Shown here: positions 41,256 to 53,159 of the stretch, piece after piece
How positions within the stretch are numbered: the first letter of the stretch is position 1
Layout: every line of letters starts with the position of its first letter
Source of the DNA: Macrostomum lignano
Taxonomy: Eukaryota
NCBI GenBank assembly: GCA_002269645.1
Contig: NIVC01000474.1
Coordinates: forward strand, 1-64,000
Direction: 5' to 3'
DNA length: 64,000 nucleotides
The notes under the pieces: generated by a model
Seen by the model: the letters and a program-made list of their open reading frames with translations, nothing else
Told to the model about the DNA's origin: nothing
The model's database searches: none
Translations under genes and position numbers: made by a program

Positions 41256-41598
41256 ATTCTGCAACATATTCTGCAACATATTCTGCAACATATTCTGCAA
41301 CATATTCTGCAACATATTCTGCAACATATTCTGCAACATATTCTGCAACATATTCTGCAACATATTCTGCAACATATTCTGCAACATATTCTGCAACATA
41401 TTCTGCAACATATTCTGCAACATATTCTGCAACATATTCTGCAACATATTCTGCAACATATTCTGCAACATATTCTGCAACATATTCTGCAACATATTCT
41501 GCAACATATTCTGCAACATATTCTGCAACATATTCTGCAACATATTCTGCAACATATTCTGCAACATATTCTGCAACATATTCTGCAACATATTCTGT
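41256..41598. repeat. 12-bp minisatellite (ttctgcaacata)
   Basis: About 28 perfect copies. Confidence 0.97.
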
Positions 41599-41758
41599 AA
41601 CAAAAGTACACTAGGTACTTTTGCTTTTCCGCTTAAAACACGCAGATTGGAAACCTTTAAGGTGTGAATATTGATATGTTGCTAATTGTTAAAAAAATTC
41701 AACTAGAAATTTTTTATAGATATGTTGAAGTTTTCCTTCAAGTCGCGCATGCTCCAGC

Positions 41759-41820
41759 CAAGGACTACTTAACAACTCAGGACGTTACACGCTTACTGTT
41801 AAGCTGTTAAGTAGTCCTTG
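41759..41820. mobile_element. 62-bp MITE-like element with CAAGGAC termini
   Basis: 16-bp perfect TIR caaggactacttaaca / tgttaagtagtccttg; perfect 8-bp TSD gctccagc at 41751-41758 and 41821-41828. Confidence 0.85.
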
Positions 41821-42469
41821 GCTCCAGCGCACTGATATTTTACTTAAACCAGTAAAAACGCAGCGATTTCAAAAACTGAAAAAAACTTACAATTAATTGG
41901 ACGCAGTCTTCGAAAAATATGGAAAAAGACGCTCTCCGTCTGTCACGCTTTTTGCTCGATGTAAATTGTACACTCAATGTACACAAAACACTGCCTGTAA
42001 TCTCCCAGCCTCGCCTTTTAAATAATTTTTTTCCAAAAGTTTTTTGTGTTACCATGGCGACAGAGTCAGTAAAGCTGAAACAAAAAAATGAATGATGAAG
42101 ACAAATTGGCGGCTGGTGATCGACCGAAGGGACCGGATTCGCAAGTTCTGTAAGAAATCAATAAGCCGAATAAACTTACAATAAAATGACAACACAGCGG
42201 GTATATGAAACGCCAAGCTAAAAGTACAAATAATTTCAACTAAAGAAAGACAGATGCCGCGAGAAACAGAGGGTTGGGGAGGGGCAAGGAGCGGGGGAGC
42301 AGCGAATACTTCAGGTGGACAGAGCGATTTACAACGGACGCATAAACAGCGCATGAATTGGTTTTAAGCAAAGCCCGACAAGCAAGAAGTGTAAATGGAA
42401 GTGAGAAAGAGACATGATTGAGGGACAGTTGAAGCCATCTAGTATGAAGAAAAGTGTCGGATGTCGGCT

Positions 42470-43635
42470 TTAGATCCGATTAGTCCAGGCGTCAACTACA
42501 GAATCGAACGCGTAATTCTCGCCAAAGTTGTTGTCCCAAAAGGTCTGGCCGCAGGTGCGGTAGGCCACGCAGAAGGCGACCCGGTAGCGGCCTGGCGGGG
42601 CCGACGTGACAGCCGCCGGGCCGCCGGGCAGGGCCAGGCTGAAGCTGAACCGGTCGGTCATGCCGCTGCTAGAGTGCGGCACGTACTCTGCACCGACCTC
42701 CGAGCTGCTGCGCCACGAGTCGAAGCTGACCCGCACAGTTACCGACTTCTCGAAAGCGAGATTCGCCACGCAGATGTAGCCGCAAATTTCTCCAGTTAGG
42801 GGCGCGTATGCGGCGCTCTCCAGCACCACCTTCTGGGCCATGACGCGGGCGTTGAAACCCGCCGAGTGGCCCGGCTGTGAAAAAATCGGCCGGAGGGTTG
42901 TCTGCAGGCGCTGCTGCTGCTGCTGCGAGTCTCCGCCGATCGCGGCGGCGACGGCGGGGAGAAAATTCGAGTCCGTGTCCGCATCCTCGCTTCCGGTGCC
43001 GTCGCCCAGTTCCAAGTCGCTGATTGCTTCCGGCGGAATTTCCGGCGGATTGTCCGGGTCCAGCACGTGCTTGACGTTGATGAGCTCCAGGCCGAAAGCG
43101 TCGGCAAAGCGGACGGCTTTCTTCACCAGCGACGGCGTGCCGGGCGGCGTCTTTTTGGATTTCAACGACGACGAACGCTTTGCCAGCTGTCGGATGTTCA
43201 ACATGTCGTCGGGTTGATCACCCCGTTGCTGGATTCGCTATCCAAGGCGCTGCCTACGCCACCTGCTGCGCCACCGATGCCACCGTCAGCAGCTGCGGCT
43301 GCTGCTCCTCGTTCCACTCGTTCGTGAGCTTCAAAAAAGTTGGCCGGACCCGGCCGGCTGCCGCGCAGTTCCGCCAGAGCCAGCGACAGGCTGTCAACCA
43401 CCGGCGCCGCTGACCCGTCTGGAGTGGTGGCTTCCAGCGAGGGCGGATCGACGAAAACCATCGTCAGTGGAGGCGGCGTACATCGACGCCTGCGGTCTCT
43501 GGGGCTGTGCGGCCGCGTTTGCTGCTGCTGCTGCTGCTGCTGTTGTTGTTGTTGCTGCTTCGGCAGCGTCGGTGGCGGCTGCTGCTTTTTCCTAGCAGGC
43601 CCGTTATTGTTCCCACTTTCCAACGGGGCAGACAT
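42470..43635 (-). CDS. PPP1R3: Protein phosphatase 1 glycogen-targeting regulatory subunit (PPP1R3 family, CBM21), intronless, ~388 aa, with an apparent 1-nt frameshift near 43211
   Basis: RSSSLK and KKAVRFADAFGLEL (PP1-binding RVxF-type motif); CBM21 motifs GYICVANLAFEKSVTVRVSFDSW, TDRFSF, FCVAY, FWDNNFGENY. ORFs 43198..43635 and 42470..43204 join if one base is restored in aaccc(c)gacgacatg. Confidence 0.9.
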
Positions 43636-45098
43636 GATTGCTGCCTTAAGAGCTGCGGATTCTGCGCCTCTCTGGCCTCGGGCCGGGACGGCCCAACGGC
43701 CGCTGTGTTTAGCTCAGCTGGAAGACTTTTGCTGCTTCTTGCTGGCACTGCGCTGCGCTGCGGCCCTACAATCGGCGCCCAGTTTCCGGTGTCGATCGCT
43801 CGCCTACAGTGTGATAAAAGTCGCATTTATACACTTTATGGATTTATGATTATGAATAATCTATTATTTGAAAAAAACACATTAGTGAGACGCCTAAGCT
43901 GCCAGCCATAGAGTTTGCGATTCCATAGGGATGCTCTCAGTTCAGCAGACTACTTACCTTAGAGAACGCCTCTGTTGTAAAAATCGAAGAGCCGATGCGC
44001 TTCTCCTGAGAGCTCAAGTAAAAAGTTTTCGAAGAAAAATGGAAACCGATGACGAGAATTTGTTGTTAGCGTTGAGCTGTACAAGCATATTAGTGGCAAT
44101 CAGGGCTGTTTGTTGTGCCTTTCCGTTTCTGCCTGTCTGCCTGTCCGTCTATGCCTTTTCGTTCCTTCATTTCCATTCTTTTTCGAAGAATCGCCCAGCC
44201 ACCCCCGGCTTTCGGCCAGATTTTAGCCGGGCCAACCCAAGCCAACCCCAGGTAAGAGAGTTTTCGACCGGAGCGTGAATGTACATTGCGCCGGACTGGT
44301 GTACATGGCCACAACGAACTGGCAAATTGCGAGAAGAGTTTAATCTCTTTTCTCTGTCAATTTCGTCTCTGTTTAAATCGGCGTAGAAAATTTCATGAAT
44401 CCACTTCCATTCAAGTTTGGCTTCTAAAAACCAGCTCAAGAGGTCGGTCTCTTCTCTCACCTGTCTTACTGTCTCTCTGTCTTATTGTTTATGAAACTTT
44501 TTACCTGCCGCAGCTTTGCATTTCTTTTCAGACTTTGGAATAAAAAGTCGAGTTGGGACTCGCAGCTACAGCTGGACACGACAACAAGTCGTGAAGCTGC
44601 CCCCCCCCCACCCATGTCCTCGACAGAACGGGTTTCGCTCTCCTATGTTATAAAAAAGACTATTTAACGAGTTGAGCTTGTGTGTCTATGATCGTAAGAG
44701 ACAAATGTCGGTGTGTGACGGTCACTATCTAATCAGCGATTTGTTTGACATTTATATACGAACTTAGCCAGTCTGTAAGCTGTTCAAAGTCTGGATCTCC
44801 TACGATTGCTTTGTGCACGCAATCTGTGTCTTGCGAAGGTAGTATTAATAAATGCGTAATATATTTTCTGAGAAATCCTTTCGTTTCTTGGAAAATAGTT
44901 AAAGGCTGGCATTGCAGCTTAAAGGAAGTTCTCCGTTCTTTAGTATGAAAATATATAGCTCGCGGGAAGTCCTACGAAACAGTGCTATTCTCGTGGCTAT
45001 ATATGAGTAGATAGTGAGTTCAGGAAAGGAGAAAGGACTTCTCAGTTGACTGACGAGTTGTAAAATGACTACGACCCGGCTTCTTCAAACCGTTCTTT

Positions 45099-45099
<1 letters not shown>

Positions 45100-45181
<82 letters not shown>
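45100..45181. repeat. (CT)n microsatellite
   Basis: Read directly. Confidence 0.95.
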
Positions 45182-45183
<2 letters not shown>

Positions 45184-45318
45184 AACTCTATGGGCTTAGA
45201 TATTCGAAAACATATGCATGTACGTCAGTCCTTAACGAGGGATTTCCCAGTTAGGAGCTATTTTGCGTCCGAGAGTAACTGTTTTTTCAAAGTACTTTTT
45301 CTAAAACATTATATATGT

Positions 45319-45401
45319 GGTTTACGCCCGATTCGCCGAATCCCGATTTGCCGATTCCCAGCTTGGTTCGGGATCGGGATTCGGCGAATCGGGGGTAAAC
45401 C
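45319..45401. mobile_element. 83-bp MITE-like foldback element
   Basis: 29-bp TIR with one mismatch (ggtttacgcccgattcgccgaatcccgat / atcgggattcggcgaatcgggggtaaacc); flanked by atatatgt and aaatatgt (putative 8-bp TSD, one mismatch). Confidence 0.7.
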
Positions 45402-45617
45402 AAATATGTATACATTGGTTTTGATTTGTTTCACTCAAATAAAGTTGTCAATGTTAATTGGTTTTTTAGTATGCCATCTGTTTCCATATATGGGTCACCA
45501 AAATTCTTAAATCGGCTGCTCTGCAGACCCTATTTTGGGCCATAGACAATGAAAGGCAAGGTTTGGAAAAAGCTATATTTGGTTTTGTCAGCCTAACTGA
45601 GAATAAAGCCATCCAAA

Positions 45618-46260
45618 GTGAGAATCCTGCCTACGCTGACTGCGAAGAGCCTGGCTGCGTGCAGCCTTAGTCTATGGGCCATAGACAATAAAGGACAAGC
45701 AAAGTGATAAAAAGCCATCCAATGTGAGAATCCTGCCTACGCTGAATACGAAGGGTCTAGCTGCGTCCAGCCTAGTCTATGAGCCATAGACTATAAAGGA
45801 CAAGCAAAGTTTTAAAAAGGCATCCAATGTGAGAATCCTGCCTACGCTGAATACGAAGGGTCTAGCTGCGTCCAGCCTAGTCTATGAGCCATAGACTATA
45901 AAGGACAAGCAAAGTTTTAAAAAGGCATCCAATGTGAGAATCCTGCCTACGCTGAATACGAAGGGTCTAGCTGCGTCCAGCCTAGTCTATGGGCCATAGA
46001 CTATAAAGGACAAGCAAAGTGATAAAAAGCCATCCAATGTGAGAATCCTGCCTACGCTGAATACGAAGGGTCTAGCTGCGTCCAGCCTAGTCTATGAGCC
46101 ATAGACTATAAAGGACAAGCAAAGTGATAAAAAGCCATCCAATGTGAGAATCCTGCCTACGCTGAATACGAAGGGTCTAGCTGCGTCCAGCCTAGTCTAT
46201 GAGCCATAGACTATAAAGGACAAGCAAAGTGATAAAAAGCCATCCAATGTGAGAATCGAT
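45618..46260. repeat. 105-bp tandem repeat (6 units) inside the left TIR
   Basis: gtgagaatc recurs at 45618, 45724, 45829, 45934, 46039, 46144 and 46249. Confidence 0.95.
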
Positions 46261-46409
46261 CGCTTTTTCTCTTTCCCCCAGCTCTCTCCACTCCTCCAAG
46301 CGCAACTCCTCCATCACTGCTTCTCCATCACCCACAGTCTCGTTGCTTTCTTGCCTATTTATCCAACACTTAGAATTAACAGAGTTCAGTCTTCACCACT
46401 GCAATAAAA

Positions 46410-47534
46410 ATGCCCGCCTCATCTGTGGACCGCCAGCGACTCATTGCGGCCATTGAAAATGGAAGCTCACTAAGGGAAGCAGCAGCTGTCCTGCAACTGC
46501 CTGTCTCAACTGCCTATAGAATTGCCCGTCAGCATCGCCTAGAAGGAAGAACTGAGGCGCTTCCTCGCGGTGGTCAACGACTTCTTAAAGTTGATGATGA
46601 AATGCGGCAATTTCTGAACCAGAAGCTGCAAGAGAACCCCTTCCTAACGTTAAAAGAGATGGCCAGCTGCATGGCTGCACAGTTTCCGGAGAAGCCTCAA
46701 GTAGGGTACAAGACGGTCGATCGGATGCTCCAAGGGATGCTATACACCCTGAAGCTCGGAACGAAGGGCAGTGACACCAGAGCGAGCTGCAATCTGCCTG
46801 AAAACATCGAGGCCCGGAGAGAACATGCCAACTTCATGCTGCACCTTGACGCCTCCGTACACATCGTCTATTTGGACGAAACTGGATTCAACTTGTGGCT
46901 ACGGCGATCGCAAGGCCGTGCTATCAGGGGTCGCCCTGTTAAGCGGACTGTGACGACACAAAGAGGCCCAAACGTGACCGTCTGCATGGCTATCTGCGCA
47001 GAGTTTGGCCTGGTGCACTCGACCGTGCAGCGGGGTGGTCAGACGCTGGTTCGCTTCCAGGAGTTCATCAACTTCTTGGCAGAGCGATGCAATGAGCTCG
47101 ATGCCGATGGAAGCTGGCTGGTTGTGATGGACGGCCCGCACTTCCACAGGGGAGCCAGGGTGCCGGAGCAACTACAAGAGAAGATCTCGATTCGCATCCT
47201 GCCGCGATACTCACCCTTCCTCAACCCATCGGAACTGGCCAACAGTGCGCTGAAGGCACAGATCAAAAGCTGCTTGGCAGACGCTGGACTAGTCAACGAG
47301 GAGGCCGTTGCTCCAGATGGCGTCAACCAAGAGGAGTGGCGATTCATGCTGTTAGAGAGGGAGGCGCGCGAAGCGATTGACGACACAGTCACTGCTGGGA
47401 AGGCTGCCGCGTGGGACCTGCATTGCAGACGACTCTTTGGGCAGTGCATTGAGGGACAGCTATTTAACTCTTTACTTCCTGTTTCCGTTATTCCGTTAAA
47501 GCTATTGGCTAGTCATATGGCTCAGAAGGTATAA
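46410..47534 (+). CDS. Tc1/IS630-like DDE transposase, 374 aa
   Basis: N-terminal HTH-like SLREAAAVLQLPVSTAYRI; catalytic motifs YLDETGFN, VVMDGPHFH, LPRYSPFLNPSE; uninterrupted ORF. Confidence 0.92.
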   Translation: MPASSVDRQRLIAAIENGSSLREAAAVLQLPVSTAYRIARQHRLEGRTEALPRGGQRLLKVDDEMRQFLNQKLQENPFLTLKEMASCMAAQFPEKPQVGYKTVDRMLQGMLYTLKLGTKGSDTRASCNLPENIEARREHANFMLHLDASVHIVYLDETGFNLWLRRSQGRAIRGRPVKRTVTTQRGPNVTVCMAICAEFGLVHSTVQRGGQTLVRFQEFINFLAERCNELDADGSWLVVMDGPHFHRGARVPEQLQEKISIRILPRYSPFLNPSELANSALKAQIKSCLADAGLVNEEAVAPDGVNQEEWRFMLLEREAREAIDDTVTAGKAAAWDLHCRRLFGQCIEGQLFNSLLPVSVIPLKLLASHMAQKV

Positions 47535-48923
47535 AAATAAAAGAATACGACGCATAGACCAATCGATTCTCACATTGGATGGCTTTTTATCACTTTGCTT
47601 GTCCTTTATTGTCTATGGCCCATAGACTAAGGCTGCACGCAGCCAGGCCCTTCGCAGTCAGCGTAGGCAGGATTCTCACTTTGGATGGCTTTATTCTCAG
47701 TTAGGCTGACAAAACCAATACTAAACTAGAGTCTGGTTTCAGGTACTTTGAATGTGTAATAAAATTAAATAATACTTTTTTGAAGCTCGTAAATTTTCCA
47801 TTCAAGCTATGACTGCATTTCAATTGCTATTTCAGTGAGCTTGAAGCTAAACCCGCAGGCACCGGCGCTAGACAATAAAATAGAATATATAAAAGGCTGC
47901 TTCAGCTGGACCTCTCGCATAAAGCAACAGAATATACTGTGTTATTAAGGCAGTCTGGCTGAGGTGGTTGAGTCAGACCAGCAAGACTGCAGCACACGCA
48001 CTGCACAAACTGCTGTTGTAAGGTCAAAATGTACTTTCTTATCGAAGCCGAAAGCGGAGATTCCGGATAAACATCTAGTAGGGAAGCTGGCGATTCACCC
48101 GAAGGCATCCCTACGACTGGCCACTCTGCCTGCCGCGCATTTTGCACTTTTAGTTTCGGCGAAATACAGCTTGACCGCGTGGTTTCCTGATTTAAGGGGG
48201 GGGGGGCAAGGCGGCAGAATTCGGCAACGATTCGATTTTCGTTTTTCACAAGTTTCTTCCTTTCTAGCTTTTTCCCTGAACCCCCCCCCCCCCCGAGTAT
48301 GCAGGCAGGCCAGCATAACTGGGGAAGGTCGCAATCTATAAACGGCAGTAAACGCACCGCATCATAAATTATATAAACCTTTATCAGTCTACTTAAAGTA
48401 GCGCACAGAGCAGCTACTTTATCCTCTGAAACTTGATACTTTATTTTACTTGTCTTTGCTAAAGCTTTTTCCCGCATTTCTCTGCGTGTGGTCCTCTGGC
48501 TTATCGAAGCCGTCATCCCGGAATCCCCAGCAGTGCATGCGACTTTACCGCGCAGACAGCAGCCCGGATCTGCAGCCGGTCTTGTTTCCTCTCCCGCGGC
48601 TGTCGGCAGCGCCCCCCCCCCAATCCACCCCCGCTTCTTCCACCACCAACTTCATTCCCGCGCCTCCAACTCTTCAAAGCTCCGACTCAAATCCCGTGTG
48701 TGCCCAGTAACCCGAGAAGCTGAATTCTGCCTCATCTGAGCTGCTCTAGAGACTGAAGCTGCAGCAGCAGCAGCCATTGTGCGCTCCACTCAGGCCTCTC
48801 CACGCTTGCTGTTAAGCTCTCATTTCAATTCTGAGCTTTTTTAGCTAAACGCCAAATTCTGGCCAAGGTGGGTTGTTTACATTTCCCAGGCTGGGGCTGC
48901 TGTGGACTGCCTGCTGCGGGTAA

Positions 48924-49611
<688 letters not shown>

Positions 49612-49947
49612 GGCAGAGCACTATAAGTTCAACTGCACTAGCCTTGTCCAATACTTTCAAGGCTAGAAGGTGGCCGAGACCACTCTTGCTAATTCTACGT
49701 AAGAAAACTTGAAATAAGATCTGAAGTGCATCTTAATTAAACGCTCAATAATTGCATGGCATAACCAGTCAATATAGTTTATAAAAAATATAAAAAACGC
49801 TTGTAGACAGACAATTAATGGCAGATAGAAAATTAGTACAATGATAACAGAGAGAAGGAAAACAGGCAGACAGGCAGACAGAAAGTGAGGCCAAAGTGCT
49901 AGTCTGCTGCCTGCCCCCTGCATTGCAGGCATGGAGATGTGGGACCC

Positions 49948-50053
<106 letters not shown>

Positions 50054-50480
50054 GAGACGCAGCGCGGTAGAGCAGAAGGGGGAGCGGGGGTTCCATAGCG
50101 GAGAAGCCTGGAATTCTGAGCCGCTCCACCCAGTCCTAAAGCCAAGGCTGTCTGAACGGGCCACCCCTCTGTCCGCCCAGCCGCCAGTCCGCCCCAGCCT
50201 CCGCTCTCCATCGCCTATAGCAGGTTTTACTCGCTCCGGCAAGCCTTCGCAAACTGAACGCTGCTAAGTAAAAAAGTAAAAAAATAAAGCGGAGAAAAGG
50301 GACGGCGCTATAAACACAGCCTGAGAGAGCGAGTTAGCGAACATTAAGCGGCTGAGAAACACCCCCGAGGGAGCCTTCAATCGTCGCCCCTCACTCGCTT
50401 ATGAAGCGGCAAGACGACTCATCAGAGAGCAATAAAATCAGCCAGCGTGCCCGGAGTCCAGCACTGCGTGCCCGAGCAGC

Positions 50481-53159
50481 ATGAGTAGCGGCCAGCGTCG
50501 GCGACAGGCCTCCGACGGTGCCGAAGAGGCCGCCGTCAGCGCCCGGCTACCGCAGGTGTCGCCGCATCGCGGCCTGCTGACCGGCGCGTCGGTCGAGTCC
50601 GCCGGCGATGATCGTCGCCAGCATCGTCGGCACCGACGTCGCGGCGTCGGAGCGAATCTCAGCGCCACGAAGTTCGACATCATCTACTTGGCCGTTGAGC
50701 GCCTCGGCTTCAGCGTCTGTCCGGATGAGGACTTCGTCACGCCCTACCTGATTTGGAGCGACCTGGGCGTGCCGCCGGACCGAATCTCCGAGCTGCGGGC
50801 GCACCAGCGGATCAACCACTTCCCTGGCATGTCCGAGATCAGCCGCAAGGACCTGTTGAGCCGCAACATGGCCAAGCTGGCGCGGGTGCTGCCTAAAGAG
50901 TACAAATTCACGCCGAGGACTTGGTGCCTGCCAGGGGAATACAGCAGCTTCCTGCAGCACTCCAGGGAGCTACGCAAGGTCGGGAAGCTGCGCTCCTTCA
51001 TCTACAAGCCGGCTAACGGGGCGATGGGCCACGGGATCAGGATTTATAAGAACGGCGAGCAGGTGCCCTGCAACGGGGTGAGTGGCGGCGGCAACGGCGG
51101 CTTCGATACCACGGGGCCAGCCATTGTGCAGGAGTACATTGCCAAGCCGCTGCTGATCGACGGCTTCAAATGCGATCTGCGCATCTACGTCCTCGTGACC
51201 TCGTGTGACCCGTTGCGCGTGTACTTTTACAATGACGGTTTGCTTCGACTGAGCACGGAGAAGTATGCCGACCCGCAGAAGTGCGAATCGGACACGCTCT
51301 ACATGCACCTGACCAACTACTCGGTTAACAAGCGCAGCGAGAACTACGCCAAGGGCGACGACGACAGCACGGGCAGCAAGCGCTCGATTCGATTCCTCAA
51401 CGAGTACCTGCAGAAGCGCGACTACGACGTGCCGCTGATGTGGCGGAACATCATCGACCTGCTCGTTAAAACGATAATAGCGGTCCAGCCTCACCTGCTG
51501 CAGCATTACCGCATGTGTCGTCCGGCCTCCCCGCCCGGCTCCGACTCCGTCTGCTTCGAAATCCTCGGCTTCGACGTGCTACTCGACCACAAGCTGAAGC
51601 CCTGGCTGGTCGAGGTCAACCGGTCGCCAAGTTTCGGCGCTGAACAGCCAATCGATCGCCGAGTGAAGCTCGGCGTCCTCGACGAGGCGCTGCGCTTGCT
51701 GAACATTCGCGCCTCGGATCGGGCGCGGCACGCCAACGCGCAGAAAGTTCAATCGCAGCGCCGGCTAATGCGCGGCCGAAGCAACGGCGCGGAGAACCAG
51801 CACCAGCACCAGCATCTGCAGCAGCTGCAGCGCGAACGCGAGCTCGTCAGGAGGCGCGAGGAGCTTCAGGCCCAGCTGGCCCGGCTCCGACGCGAGGCCG
51901 ACCGAGACGAGCACGAGATTCGCACCTGTCGATTATTTCGCCGAATTTTCCCCGGCGACGATCGGGTGAGCCAGGAGCGCTACGTCAAACTGATGTTGGC
52001 CGTGTTCGGCGCGCTGACGCCGGGGCGAGGGGCCGGCAGCGGCGCCGGCACACTGAAGGAGCTCGAAGAGCAGTACAGCTGCGAGCGACCACGGCAGGAG
52101 GAGCTCATGGATCAGCTGGCCCGGTGCGAAGAGCAGCTGCAGCAGCACCAGCAGCCGCCATCGGCTGATGCATCGGGCAAGCTGCAAAACGGCAGGCAGC
52201 ATCAGAATCATCGACGACCCTGGCAGAGGCACCACCCACCGCAGTCGGTGCAGCGTCGACAATCGTCGCTGACACTCTCCGCCGACGAAGTTGACGACTC
52301 CGCTGACGACGACAGCTTCGACGACGACTACAACGACGCGGTCGAGAGCGGTGACCGCCAGACGGAAGCGAAGCTGGAAGCTGAGGGCGCTGATGATGCA
52401 TCTGGACGGTTGCCCAGCGTGTCCTCGACGCCCACGCTGACGACTTCGACGTCGACGACGACGCCCCGACGCCGGCACACGGTGGTGGCAGCTTCCGGTG
52501 CCGGCCGGAGTCGCGGCGTTCAGGCAGACCGCAGTGGCGGCATCGGCACTGGCGACCAGCAGGAAGCGGAGCAGCTCTGCCGGCGGATGCTCGACCAGCT
52601 GAACGAGCTGTGCATCCGGTTTCCCGGAAAGTCGGCGCAGCAAGCGGAGCAAGTTCTGGCCGGGCTGCACCAAAACTGGCGCCAAAACAAAGCTCTCGTG
52701 GCTGGCTACTGGTTGGCGAAGCTGGACGCCGACAAGAGGCGCAAAGTGATCGACATTGTGCGCCAGAATGTGCGCGCCACTCTGTCGCGCTGTTGGCGCA
52801 GCGGCGCCGACCTCGACGAGTCGCGAATTTGCCGATTATTTGACCGAGTGTTCGCCAGGCTGCTGTCCTCGAACGGCCAGGGACTCTGGGCGACGTTCGG
52901 CAATTCCGCCAGCTGGGAGTCGGCCCTGCTCAGAATGCGAGAGCCGCCGAGTCTGCCAGAGCTGGCCTGCTGCCGCCGGGTGGTGCAGCTGTGCCAGGAC
53001 TGCCTGCTCACCGTGTTCCTGTTCTCCGGACAGTCAGCTGCTCCGTCGGCTGATGTCGGGGCATCTCCGTCGACACTGTCAAGAGATTCCGGCAGCCAGT
53101 TGAAACGCGAAAGGCCGAGTCTGTCAGTTGGCTTTACATACAGGGCGTCGCTTGGGTAG
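50481..53159 (+). CDS. TTLL7: Tubulin polyglutamylase TTLL7-like, intronless, 892 aa
   Basis: TTL-domain motifs INHFPGMSEISRKDLL, FIYKPANGAMGHGI, QEYIAKPLLIDGFKCDLRIYVLVTSCDPLR, MHLTNYSVNK, CFEILGFDVLLDHKLKPWLVEVNRSPSFG; TTLL7-type tail LNIRASDR...QRRL and LCIRFPGK...YWLAKLD. Confidence 0.92.
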   Translation: MSSGQRRRQASDGAEEAAVSARLPQVSPHRGLLTGASVESAGDDRRQHRRHRRRGVGANLSATKFDIIYLAVERLGFSVCPDEDFVTPYLIWSDLGVPPDRISELRAHQRINHFPGMSEISRKDLLSRNMAKLARVLPKEYKFTPRTWCLPGEYSSFLQHSRELRKVGKLRSFIYKPANGAMGHGIRIYKNGEQVPCNGVSGGGNGGFDTTGPAIVQEYIAKPLLIDGFKCDLRIYVLVTSCDPLRVYFYNDGLLRLSTEKYADPQKCESDTLYMHLTNYSVNKRSENYAKGDDDSTGSKRSIRFLNEYLQKRDYDVPLMWRNIIDLLVKTIIAVQPHLLQHYRMCRPASPPGSDSVCFEILGFDVLLDHKLKPWLVEVNRSPSFGAEQPIDRRVKLGVLDEALRLLNIRASDRARHANAQKVQSQRRLMRGRSNGAENQHQHQHLQQLQRERELVRRREELQAQLARLRREADRDEHEIRTCRLFRRIFPGDDRVSQERYVKLMLAVFGALTPGRGAGSGAGTLKELEEQYSCERPRQEELMDQLARCEEQLQQHQQPPSADASGKLQNGRQHQNHRRPWQRHHPPQSVQRRQSSLTLSADEVDDSADDDSFDDDYNDAVESGDRQTEAKLEAEGADDASGRLPSVSSTPTLTTSTSTTTPRRRHTVVAASGAGRSRGVQADRSGGIGTGDQQEAEQLCRRMLDQLNELCIRFPGKSAQQAEQVLAGLHQNWRQNKALVAGYWLAKLDADKRRKVIDIVRQNVRATLSRCWRSGADLDESRICRLFDRVFARLLSSNGQGLWATFGNSASWESALLRMREPPSLPELACCRRVVQLCQDCLLTVFLFSGQSAAPSADVGASPSTLSRDSGSQLKRERPSLSVGFTYRASLG

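Larger units (their letters stand above)
45578..47718 (+). mobile_element. Tc1/mariner/IS630-superfamily DNA transposon with a 157-bp right TIR and an internally amplified left TIR
   Basis: Right TIR 47562..47718 is the reverse complement of the left end starting ~45579 (one mismatch in the first unit); TA flanks at 45576-45577 and 47719-47720; encloses an intact transposase ORF. Confidence 0.9.

Noticed and set aside
47902-48516. 204-aa minus-strand ORF as a gene
   Set aside because: No domain, weak codon bias, runs through poly-G tracts, non-ATG start.
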